Shown: positions 20,469 through 30,708 of the stretch, piece by piece
Layout of the letters: every line of letters starts with the position of its first letter
Numbering within the stretch: the stretch's first letter is position 1
From: Anaeromyxobacter oryzae
Lineage (GTDB): Bacteria; Myxococcota; Myxococcia; Myxococcales; Anaeromyxobacteraceae
Direction: 5' to 3'
DNA: 64,000 nucleotides
Assembly: GCF_023169945.1 (NCBI RefSeq)
Contig: NZ_AP025591.1
Location: forward strand, 3,156,481 to 3,220,480
Notes under the pieces: generated by a model
What the model was told of the DNA's origin: nothing
The model's input: the letters and a program-made list of their open reading frames with translations, nothing else
Databases searched by the model: none
Translations under genes and position numbers: made by a program

Positions 20469-21377
20469 TCAGGCGACCGGGAGGGGCGGCACGAGCGCCG
20501 CCTCGGCCGCGCGGAAATCTTCCGGCACGGGCGCCTCGAGCACCAGCGACGCGCCGGTGACCGGGTGCGCGAGCTCGAGCCGCGCGGCGTGCAGCATCAC
20601 GCGCGGGATCGCCACCTCGCCCACGCGGCGGGGGCCGCCGTAGCGCGGATCGCCGAGGAGCGGCGCGCCGAGGGCGGCGAGGTGCACCCGGATCTGGTGG
20701 GTCCGGCCGGTCTCGGGCCGGGCCTCCACGAGCGCGGCCAGGGCGGACGCGCGGAGGGTCCGGTAGCCGGTAGCGGCGGCCTCGCCGGCGGGATCGACGC
20801 GGCGGAGGCCAGCGCGGGCGGGGTCCTTCCCGAGCGCGAGGTCGACGCGCCCCTCGGGGGGCGCGGGCGGCCGCGCGGTCAGGGCGAGGTAGGTCTTCGA
20901 GGGCCCGCCGGTGCGGAAGGCCTCGGACAGCGCGGCGGCCGCCGCCTTCGTGCGAGCGAGGACCGTCACGCCGGACGTCTCGCGATCGAGCCGGTGGACG
21001 ATCGTCACGGGCGACCCGAGGAGCGCGCCGACCAGCTCCGGGAGCGTGCCCCGGTCCGTGGTGAGGGTGGGCTGCGCGGGGACGCCGGCCGGCTTGTCGA
21101 CCGCGACGAGCGCGGCGTCCGCGTAGAGGAGCCGGCTCCGCTCGAGGGCCGTCGCCGCTCCGGCGGCGCGACCGGCCTCCTCGAGGTTCACGGTGACCTG
21201 CTGGCCGGGGCGGAGCGTCTTGCCCGCCACCTTGCAGCGGCGGCCGTCCAGGAAGACGCCACCGGCGTCGAGGGCGCGGCGCGCGAGGCCGCGGGAGATG
21301 CCACCGCGCGCGGCGACGAAGCGGTCGAGCCGCTCGCCCTGGTCCGCCTCGGAGACGACGAGGTTCAGGCGGCGCAC
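20469..21377 (-). CDS. rluD: RluA-family pseudouridine synthase (RluD-like)
   Basis: S4-like N-terminus (RLDRFVA...), HRLDRETSGV catalytic Asp motif, TGRTHQIRVH. Confidence 0.85.
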   Translation of the reverse strand: MRRLNLVVSEADQGERLDRFVAARGGISRGLARRALDAGGVFLDGRRCKVAGKTLRPGQQVTVNLEEAGRAAGAATALERSRLLYADAALVAVDKPAGVPAQPTLTTDRGTLPELVGALLGSPVTIVHRLDRETSGVTVLARTKAAAAALSEAFRTGGPSKTYLALTARPPAPPEGRVDLALGKDPARAGLRRVDPAGEAAATGYRTLRASALAALVEARPETGRTHQIRVHLAALGAPLLGDPRYGGPRRVGEVAIPRVMLHAARLELAHPVTGASLVLEAPVPEDFRAAEAALVPPLPVA

Positions 21378-21381
21378 GCCG

Positions 21382-21651
21382 CTACGCCGCGGACTTGTTC
21401 GCGGGGCAGCTCGCGCACGGGCTGGGCTTCGACTCCGCCTTGTCCTTGCTCCGGTCGGTGATCGCGCCGGGGTTCTTGCCGCCGTAGTCGTTGATGTAGA
21501 AGCCGGAGCCCTTGAACGCGAACGAGCTCGCGCTCATGAGCTTCGTCACCTTCGAGCCGCAGACGTCGTGGACCTCGAGCGCCGGCGCCGACATCTTCTG
21601 CAGGACGTCGAACCGGCCGCACTTCGGGCACTCGTACTCGTAGATGGGCAT
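21382..21651 (-). CDS. FmdB-family zinc-ribbon protein
   Basis: MPIYEYECPKCGRFDV...CGS... is the CxxC...C FmdB/regulatory zinc-ribbon signature. Confidence 0.75.
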   Translation of the reverse strand: MPIYEYECPKCGRFDVLQKMSAPALEVHDVCGSKVTKLMSASSFAFKGSGFYINDYGGKNPGAITDRSKDKAESKPSPCASCPANKSAA

Positions 21652-21814
21652 ACCCGCGAATCTCCGTCGATCCCGAACCTAAAAGCCGCGGCAGCGCTGT
21701 CAAGCGACCGCCGCCCGGGGCGCTCGCCGCGCCGGTGAGCCGCGCGGCGGCGTGCTAAGTACCCGGGGCGCCGCGGTTCCCGGACGAACGCCCCCGGCGG
21801 GAGGAGCTTCTACC

Positions 21815-23188
21815 ATGGACGCGGTGGAGATCGAACTCGTCGCGCGGGAGGTGGACGCGCTCCTCCTCGACCTCGAGGCCGAGCGCGCCCGCCACGTCGC
21901 GGGGCTCGAGGCCGAGCCGGCGCTCGCCCGCCTGTTCGCCGCCCGCTCCCGCGCCGCCCACCGCGAGACCGTCGCCGCGCTCCGGGACGCGGGGCGCGAG
22001 GACCTCGCCGCGCGCGCCGCGGCGCTCCGGGCCGAGCGGGCGCAGGCCGCCGACGAGGAGGCCTGGCGCGCGGCCGAGTCGGTCGCCTCCGGTGCCGGCC
22101 CCGACGGCCTCGCGCCGCTCGCGGTCCTCGAGCGGGCGGCCCTCCACGAGCCGGACCGCGGCCGGCGGCTCGCCTTCGCCCGCGCGGCGGAGGCCGCCCT
22201 CGGGCCGGCGGCGAGCCTCCGCGAGGCGGCCGTCGAGCAGCGGGCCCGGGCCGGCGCGGAGGTCGGGGTCGCGCCGGACTGGCGGATCGTCGTGGAGGGC
22301 GACGCGGTGCTGGCGGCCTCCGACGACCCCTATCGCGACGTGCTCGCGTTCCGCGCCCGCCACGACCTCGCCCTCTCGCCCGCGCCCCAGGGCGACCTCC
22401 ACCGGGCGGACCTCCTCCACCTCGCGCGGCTCGCGCGCTGGGACGGACTCTTCCGCGCCGGGATGCTGCCGCTCGCGCTGAAGCTCACGCTCGAGCCGCT
22501 CGGGCTGGACGCGGGAAGGCTCCGGATCGACGACGCGGAGCGGCCGGCGAAGTGGCCCGGCGTCCACGTCCTCGGCGCGCGCATCATCTTCGGCGCGCGG
22601 GGTGGCGCCGGCGACTGGCAAGATCTGCTCGAGGGCGCCGGCCGCGCGCTCGCCGGCGCCTCGACGCCGCCGCACCGGCGCGACCCGGTGTTCGGCGCCG
22701 CGCTCGGGGAGCTGCTCGGCTCGCTCGTCCTCGAGCCGCGCTGGCTCGCGGAGCGCGCCGACGTCGACCGCCGCCACGCGCCCGACCTGATCCGCGACCT
22801 CGCGCTGCGGCGGCTCTTATCCCTCCGGGCCCGCGCCGCCGCGCTCCGCGTCGCGACCGAGGTGACGCGCGGCCTTTCCGGCGCGGCCTGGCGCGAGGGC
22901 TACCGCGACGCCCTCACCGCCGCGACCGGCGCGATCTGGGAGGGCGTCCGCGCGGCGCGCGACGCCGACGCGGCCGGCCACGCCTCGGCGCTCGTCGGCG
23001 CCGGCGCGGGCGAGAGGCTCCGCGACGAGGTGCGGGAGCGGTTCGACGAGGACTGGTGGCGGAACCCGCGGACGGCGAGCTTCCTCGCGGGGCTGCTCGC
23101 GGCGGGGCGGCTGCCGGACGCGGCGGGGGACGCGTCGCCGGCGCGCGCCGCGGCCGCGCTCGCGGCGCGGCTCGAGGGCAAGGCGTAG
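21815..23188 (+). CDS. hypothetical protein
   Basis: ATG at 21815 preceded by GGAGGAG; 457 aa, Ala/Arg/Leu-rich but codon-biased; no family recognised. Confidence 0.45.
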   Translation: MDAVEIELVAREVDALLLDLEAERARHVAGLEAEPALARLFAARSRAAHRETVAALRDAGREDLAARAAALRAERAQAADEEAWRAAESVASGAGPDGLAPLAVLERAALHEPDRGRRLAFARAAEAALGPAASLREAAVEQRARAGAEVGVAPDWRIVVEGDAVLAASDDPYRDVLAFRARHDLALSPAPQGDLHRADLLHLARLARWDGLFRAGMLPLALKLTLEPLGLDAGRLRIDDAERPAKWPGVHVLGARIIFGARGGAGDWQDLLEGAGRALAGASTPPHRRDPVFGAALGELLGSLVLEPRWLAERADVDRRHAPDLIRDLALRRLLSLRARAAALRVATEVTRGLSGAAWREGYRDALTAATGAIWEGVRAARDADAAGHASALVGAGAGERLRDEVRERFDEDWWRNPRTASFLAGLLAAGRLPDAAGDASPARAAAALAARLEGKA

Positions 23189-23231
23189 CAGGAAGGCTTC
23201 TGGCCGGGGCGAAGCGGCTCGGGCAGGTCTC

Positions 23232-23253
23232 CGTCCCGGGCGGACCCGGGACG
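23232..23253. terminator. GC hairpin between convergent genes
   Basis: CGTCCCGGG-cgga-CCCGGGACG perfect 9-bp stem. Confidence 0.4.
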
Positions 23254-23264
23254 GGCGAGGCGAG

Positions 23265-23603
23265 CTACGGCTTCTTGCGCAGCGCCCGGACGATCTTCTC
23301 CTTCGTCCGGGAGGGCATCGGGACCGGCGCGGCGCGGGCCGCGGGCGCGCGCTCCGCCTCGCGAGCGCGCCACTTCATGTACGCCTCGATCTCGTAGGAG
23401 AGCAGCTCGATCTCGAGGTCGGACCGCTCCGGCGCGGCGCGCTCGAGCGGCTCGGTCCGCGCCGGGGCGGCGCCGAGGCGCATCCGGAGCACGCGCTCCT
23501 CCTCGGGGGAGAGCGTCCGCGCGGCCCCGCGCCGGAGGGCGGCCTGCGCCGTCGCCTCCGTCACGACCGCGGTCGACTTCTTCTTCGTCTCCATGGCGGT
23601 CAT
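23265..23603 (-). CDS. small sigma-70 region-4-like HTH protein (hypothetical)
   Basis: MTAMETKKKSTAV...LSPEEERVLRMRLG resembles the sigma region 4 / HTH segment; ~112 aa. Confidence 0.45.
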   Translation of the reverse strand: MTAMETKKKSTAVVTEATAQAALRRGAARTLSPEEERVLRMRLGAAPARTEPLERAAPERSDLEIELLSYEIEAYMKWRAREAERAPAARAAPVPMPSRTKEKIVRALRKKP

Positions 23604-23787
23604 CGTAGGCGCGAGGCGCGGGCTGTCCATTTTTCTGGGAGCCCGCCCGGCCCCTGTGCGGCCCTGGGGGCAAGCACTCGATATCGCGGAGCAAACCAGC
23701 GAGCGAGCGATCCTACATCTGGGCTCTGACTCCCCCCTTGCGCGGAGGGGCTCCCACCGTGAAGAACACCCACCGAGGAGACCTGCG

Positions 23788-24234
23788 ATGGCCGACTGGA
23801 AGGCGAACCTGCTCGAGACGGACGACCGGATCCGCGACCTGCTCGCGACCGTGAAGCGCGTCGCGGTCCTCGGCATCAAGACCGAGGGGCAGGCCGACCA
23901 GGCCGCGTTCTACGTTCCGCAGGCGCTCGCTCGGGCGGGCGTCGAGATCGTCCCCGTACCGATCTACTACCCGGACGTGAAGACCATCCTCGGGAAGCCG
24001 GTGTTCCGGTCGATCGCCGAGATCCCGGGCCCGGTGGACCTCGTCGACGTCTTCCGCCGGCCCGCCGACGTGGCGAAGCACGTCGACGAACTCGTCGCGA
24101 AGAAGCCGCGGGCGGTGTGGCTCCAGAAGGGGATCCGCAATGACGCCGCCGCCGAGGCGCTCGCGAAGGCCGGGATCCTGGTCGTCCAGGATCGCTGCCT
24201 GATGGTCGAGTGGGGGCGGCTCGGTCCGGGTTAG
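23788..24234 (+). CDS. CoA-binding domain protein (YccU-like)
   Basis: RVAVLGIKTEGQ...PVPIYY...VDLVDVFRRPADV...VWLQKGI is the CoA-binding fold signature; GAGGAG RBS. Confidence 0.75.
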   Translation: MADWKANLLETDDRIRDLLATVKRVAVLGIKTEGQADQAAFYVPQALARAGVEIVPVPIYYPDVKTILGKPVFRSIAEIPGPVDLVDVFRRPADVAKHVDELVAKKPRAVWLQKGIRNDAAAEALAKAGILVVQDRCLMVEWGRLGPG

Positions 24235-24272
24235 CGCTCTGCCCCGGGCCGGTCCTGGACCTCCTCGCGTGC

Positions 24273-24440
24273 TCAGCGCACCGGGATCACGATGGTCGGG
24301 TGCACCGTCACGACGCGCGGTGCCGTCTGGGCCCGGAGCACGTCCGCCGGTGGCACCGACATCCGCAGCGTGAACGCCGCGAGCAGCGCGATCGCGAGGA
24401 CGAAGACGCCGACGCCTTCGAGAGCTTCGAGCTTCGCCAT
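24273..24440 (-). CDS. small hydrophobic protein (55 aa), hypothetical
   Basis: MAKLEALEGVGVFVLAIALLAAFTLRMSVPPADVL...; preceded by GGAGG at correct spacing; GC3-biased; below the ORF-track length cutoff. Confidence 0.3.
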   Translation of the reverse strand: MAKLEALEGVGVFVLAIALLAAFTLRMSVPPADVLRAQTAPRVVTVHPTIVIPVR

Positions 24441-24590
24441 GACGACCTCCTCGTGTGCCCTGCGAGGATCGTACGTCCGCGGTGCAAGCTCATTTCAGCC
24501 CCTTCCGGAGGGAGTCCTGCCGGACTCTGCGTGCGCGTCGGACGGGGGCGCTGCAGCGCCCACCCGCGCTGCGGGGAACCGTCGCAGGCG

Positions 24591-25544
24591 TCAGCCGTGC
24601 TGCACGGCCACGCCGCGGAGCCGGGTCTCCTCCGGCGCGCGCGCCGCGGGCGCGAACGTCGCCGCCCCGAGGAGGACGAGCAGGATCCAGACGAGGTCCG
24701 CGACGAGGAGGTGGACGAGCTGCAGCGGCACGGGGGCGAGCAGCCCGACGTTCGCGGCGCCGGCGACGAGCTCCACGCCGACGAGGACGAGCAGCGCGAC
24801 GGCGCGCCGACGGACGCGGGGCCCGGGCCTCGCCCGCAGCGCCGCCCGCGCGCACGCCGACACCGCGATCGCGGCGCCGATCGCAGCGAACGGGTGGAGA
24901 ACGCGGAGGCGGAGCAGCACGTGGCCGCCGCGCTCGAGGTCCTGGCGCAGCCCCTCGGCGAAGCTCACGGCGGGGAACAGCGTGTCGCCGAGCGCGGCGA
25001 TGGCGCCGGTCGCCCCGGCGAGGATCGTCGCGGCGAGGCCGAGGACGAACACCGCCGCGAGCGGGCCCCGGCCGCGGATCGCGAGGCCGCGCGGGGCCTC
25101 GGCGAACGCGCCGGTGAGCGCGATCGCGCCGAGGAGCAGGAACGTGTTCGTGAGGTGGATCGCGACCACCCAGCCGCGCGCGGCGGACGCGTCCTTCGCG
25201 ACCCACCCGAAGAGCACGAGACCGGCGCCGACCAGCGCCTCGACGACGATGAGCGCCGCCGTCGCGAAGGCCCCCGCCCGGGCGGCGTGCCCGCGCGGGA
25301 AGGCGCGGACCGCCCAGACGACGAGGCCGACCACGAGCAGGAGCGCGAGCCCGCTCGTGGCGCGGTGCGTGAACTCGATGGCGGTCTCGACGGTGTGGCC
25401 GCGCGGCACCACCTCGCCGTTGCAGAGGGGCCAGTGCGAGCCGCACCCTGCGCCGGACCCGGTGGCGCGGACGAACGCACCCCACGCGACCACCGCGAGG
25501 TTGTAGGCGAGCACGCCCCACGCGAAGCGCTGGAAGGACCTCAT
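24591..25544 (-). CDS. ctaA: heme A synthase (COX15/CtaA family)
   Basis: polytopic; conserved His-containing helices (HRATSGLALLL, HLTNTFLLLG, HPFAAIGAAIAV). Confidence 0.7.
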   Translation of the reverse strand: MRSFQRFAWGVLAYNLAVVAWGAFVRATGSGAGCGSHWPLCNGEVVPRGHTVETAIEFTHRATSGLALLLVVGLVVWAVRAFPRGHAARAGAFATAALIVVEALVGAGLVLFGWVAKDASAARGWVVAIHLTNTFLLLGAIALTGAFAEAPRGLAIRGRGPLAAVFVLGLAATILAGATGAIAALGDTLFPAVSFAEGLRQDLERGGHVLLRLRVLHPFAAIGAAIAVSACARAALRARPGPRVRRRAVALLVLVGVELVAGAANVGLLAPVPLQLVHLLVADLVWILLVLLGAATFAPAARAPEETRLRGVAVQHG

Positions 25545-25617
25545 CGCCGAACGGAAAACACGGCCGGTGCGCGGACGCAATCTCCTGGCGCGGGACGACC
25601 CGGCGGGGCCCGCCCGG

Positions 25618-26307
25618 TCAGCCGCGCTGGATCGGGCCCTGGGCGCGGGCCTGCCACCGCTGCTGGAGGGTCTGCCACGTCCCGAGCGCCTGCAGCGCCG
25701 CGTGATCCGCCTGCGACGCCCGGGTGCGCGCCTCGGCCGCCTCGCGCGTCCGCTGGGCGACGGTGGCGTCGAAGCGCGCGGGGTCGTACTTCGTCGCGGC
25801 CGGGATCTGCGCCTGCTCGAGCGCGGTGAGCTTCGCGCGCTCCAGCGCGGCCTCCGCGCGCGCCTGCTCGGCCTTGGCCGCCGCGACGCCCGCCTGGCGC
25901 GCCTGCACGAGCTGGTTCGCGTAGGCGGCGTGCGCTTCCGCCGCCTGCTGGTGCAGCTGCGCGGTCGACGCGAGCTCCTGCGCCCGCGCCGTGTCGCCGG
26001 GGTCCCCGCTCTCCTTCGCGGCCTTGGCGGCCGCCGCGGCGCGCTCCTGGTCGGCGCGGACGGCGGTCTGCTCGGCCTTCGCGTAGTCCGCCTCGTGCTG
26101 CGCCTCCTGCAGGTGGAGATCGGCGCGAGCGACGCCGTCCCGCGCGGCGTCCGATTCGGTCCGGGCGGCGTTCACGGGCTGCATCTCCGCGGGCGAGAGC
26201 CGGCCGAAGTCGGTCTCGGCGACGGTCTCCGGGCGGTGGCTGCCGCCGCCCATGCACGCCAGCGCCGCGGCGAGCGCCAGCGGCGCGCACGCGATCCCGA
26301 TCTTCAT
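25618..26307 (-). CDS. coiled-coil lipoprotein (hypothetical)
   Basis: MKIGIACAPLALAAALAC lipobox; Ala/Gln/Glu-rich coiled coil. Confidence 0.55.
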   Translation of the reverse strand: MKIGIACAPLALAAALACMGGGSHRPETVAETDFGRLSPAEMQPVNAARTESDAARDGVARADLHLQEAQHEADYAKAEQTAVRADQERAAAAAKAAKESGDPGDTARAQELASTAQLHQQAAEAHAAYANQLVQARQAGVAAAKAEQARAEAALERAKLTALEQAQIPAATKYDPARFDATVAQRTREAAEARTRASQADHAALQALGTWQTLQQRWQARAQGPIQRG

Positions 26308-26368
26308 GGAACCCCTCCCCCGAGCTAAAATCTAGGGCGTGGGCGGGGGCGCGGCAGGGTCGTGCGCG

Positions 26369-27340
26369 CTACTCCTGATCGTCCGCCGGCTCGCCGCCCG
26401 GCCCGCTCTCGCGCTTCTTGAGGCCCGCGGCCTCGAGCGCGGTGGAGGGGCCCGCGGGCTTCCGCTCGTCGGGCAGCGCCTTCGGCGCGACGACGGCGTG
26501 GACCGCGCCGCCGATGGCCTGGACCTTCGCGAGGAGCTCCACCGTCGCCCGCACGCCCGGCTGGTCCTTCACGCCGAACACGCCGGAGAGGCGGACCTCG
26601 AGCGGCGCGCCCGTCCGGGCGTCCGCGAGGAGCTCGCCGTCGACGGAGAGCGGCACGCGGCCGTCGAGGAAGGCGCGCCGGATCTTCGTGTCCGGGTCCG
26701 CGCTCGCGCCCGGCGCCGGGGCCGCGGCGGGCGCCGGGTCCGCTTTCGCGAGCAGGAAGCGATAGCGCCGCGCGGTGCGCCCGAGCGCGTTCGCCTCGCC
26801 GGCGGCCTCGAGGCGCAGGGCGGGCCCGTACAGCCGGGCGAGCGCCGCCACCATCCCGAAGCTCTCGTCGCGGAACCGTCGCGCGTCCCGGCCGTGATCG
26901 GTCGGGCGCTCGCGGAACGACGCGGGGAGGGCGCGGGCGTAGGTCATGCCCCCGGTCCAGACGACCTGCTTGCCGGTCTCGGCGCCGGGCCCGAGCCCGG
27001 GGTCGATCTCCGCCTTCACCTCGAAGTCGCCGGTTTCCGTCTGACGCACCGCGTGCCGCTCGATGGCGTGCACGCGCGCCGCGTCGTCGCCGGCGCGCGT
27101 CACGGTCCAGTCGACGGCGCCGGTCCACGCGAACGCGCCGAGCGCGCGCGCGACGGCGTCCGCGGACAGCGCGAGCGCCGCCTCGGGGTGGTCGGGGTCG
27201 AACGTGGGGACGCCGTCACCGTGCCCGGCCTCGCCGGGCGCGAACACCCGCGCGCGCGCGTCGGAGTCGCCGCGCGAGCAGGCGGAGAGGAGGATGGCGC
27301 AGGACAGAAGGAGGGCGAGGCGGCGCATCGATCCGCGCAT
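26369..27340 (-). CDS. lipoprotein (hypothetical)
   Basis: MRRLALLLSCAILLSAC lipobox; normal composition. Confidence 0.55.
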   Translation of the reverse strand: MRGSMRRLALLLSCAILLSACSRGDSDARARVFAPGEAGHGDGVPTFDPDHPEAALALSADAVARALGAFAWTGAVDWTVTRAGDDAARVHAIERHAVRQTETGDFEVKAEIDPGLGPGAETGKQVVWTGGMTYARALPASFRERPTDHGRDARRFRDESFGMVAALARLYGPALRLEAAGEANALGRTARRYRFLLAKADPAPAAAPAPGASADPDTKIRRAFLDGRVPLSVDGELLADARTGAPLEVRLSGVFGVKDQPGVRATVELLAKVQAIGGAVHAVVAPKALPDERKPAGPSTALEAAGLKKRESGPGGEPADDQE

Positions 27341-27344
27341 CCTC

Positions 27345-29147
<1,803 letters not shown>

Positions 29148-29245
29148 TCGCGCTCCCGGAATCTAGCCGTTCCGGGGCGAGGGAGCGACCCGATCTTCGA
29201 GCGGGCTCGCGCGCGGCCGGCGGCTCGCCCGCGCGGGGCGCCCCG

Positions 29246-29558
29246 TTACGCGGCCTCGATCGGGCGGTCGAGCTGGGCCGCCCCCGTCTCGATGCCGAGA
29301 TAGCGGAGCAGCCGGAGGTGGTGCTGGCGCAGTCCGCGGACCGCCACCCTCGCGCCGCGGCTCGCGAGCGCGCGGGCGAGCACCGTCACCCCGAAGTCGT
29401 GGAACTCGCGGACGTGAGTGAGATCGATCGCCACCTCGACGCCCTCGCCCGCCTCGGCGATGACGCGCGCGAGCGCCTCGGCCGCCGGCACGTCGAAGAC
29501 GCCGTCCATCCGGATGACGCGCGGGCCCGCCGTCGTCGTCGCGATCATGTCCACCTCC
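29246..29558 (-). CDS. STAS-domain protein (anti-sigma-factor antagonist-like)
   Basis: ~104 aa; DLTHVREFHDFGVTVLARAL pattern of SpoIIAA/STAS proteins. Confidence 0.55.
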
Positions 29559-29882
29559 GGCGACGAGCACCGTCCCGCGGCCGCTCGTCGACCTCGCGGC
29601 GAGAGCGTGGAAGATCCGTGCCGGGGGCCGCGTCCCGGATCGGGGTGCGACCAGCGCCGGGAAAGATCGCCGCCCGCCTCGGAGATCCCGCCGTCCGCGC
29701 GCGGGGATCGCACCCTGCGGTCCGGGCTCGCGTTCGACCCTGGGTGCAGGCAGACCGACGGTCCGGGCACCTGCGCCGCCGCGCCCGGCCTCACCTCGGT
29801 GCACGGGCGGGCCCGCCTCTCGAGCATGGCCGGCTCGCGCGGGGCGGGACCGGCTCGCCGCTCGCGGCGCGCCAGGCGTGCG

Positions 29883-30533
29883 CTAGGCGCGCCGCCCCGC
29901 GTCGCGCACCCGCGCGAACCAGCTCGCGAGGGCGGGGACGCGCTCCGCCACGAACCCGGGGATCGCGGCCTGCACCATGTGCAGCTGGCCGTACACCGCG
30001 GCGTCCGCGACCGACGGCGTGTCACCGAGGATCCACGGCCGCGTCGCCACCGCGCGCGCGATGGGCTCGAGCAGGTCCACGACCCGGTCGGCGAGCGCGC
30101 CGCGCTGCGTGCGCCAGGCGTCCAGGCAGCCCGGCCCGAACTTCCGCTCCTTCACGACGCGGAACATCGCCCGCGCGTCCTCGCGCCCGCCCTGCGCCGC
30201 CGCGAAGCCCGCCTCGAGCCCGGGCGACGCGAGCCGGAAGGCGACGTCCTCGAGCACGTGATCCGCCCAGCCCTCGAGCACGATAGCGAGCGGATCGACG
30301 CGGAGCGACGGCGGGTAGCGACCGTCGAGGTAGGCGGTGATCGCGGCGCTGTCGGAGACGACCGTTCCGCCGTCCTCGAGCACCGGGATCTGGACCGAGC
30401 CGCCGGTCACCGCGACGAGCGCGCGCCGGTCGAGGTACGGGACCTCGACCGTCTCGAAGGTGAGCCCCTTCAGCTCGAGGCACTTGCGGACCTTGGCGGC
30501 GAACGGGCTGTACGAGAACTGGAAGAGGCGCAT
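29883..30533 (-). CDS. glutathione S-transferase
   Basis: MRLFQFSYSPFAAKVRKCLELKGL...VPVLEDGGTVVSDSAAI is the thioredoxin-like GST N-domain. Confidence 0.8.
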   Translation of the reverse strand: MRLFQFSYSPFAAKVRKCLELKGLTFETVEVPYLDRRALVAVTGGSVQIPVLEDGGTVVSDSAAITAYLDGRYPPSLRVDPLAIVLEGWADHVLEDVAFRLASPGLEAGFAAAQGGREDARAMFRVVKERKFGPGCLDAWRTQRGALADRVVDLLEPIARAVATRPWILGDTPSVADAAVYGQLHMVQAAIPGFVAERVPALASWFARVRDAGRRA

Positions 30534-30708
30534 CTCCCCCGTCTAGCACGCCCGTTCAGCGGAGCGCGCCCGACCCACGCGCCGGCGCCGGACCCGCCCC
30601 ATCCGGTCGCGGCCGTCACCGCTGCGGTTTTCCGGTTGCGCTTTCCTTCGCCCGCGGCCGGCCCAATGCTCGGCGCCATCCACACGCTCCCACGAAAGGG
30701 GGAGCCCT

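Noticed and set aside
18123-21461. 1112-aa plus-strand ORF
   Set aside because: Antisense to the secreted protein, beta-lactamase-like and rluD genes. Arg/Glu/Gly low complexity.
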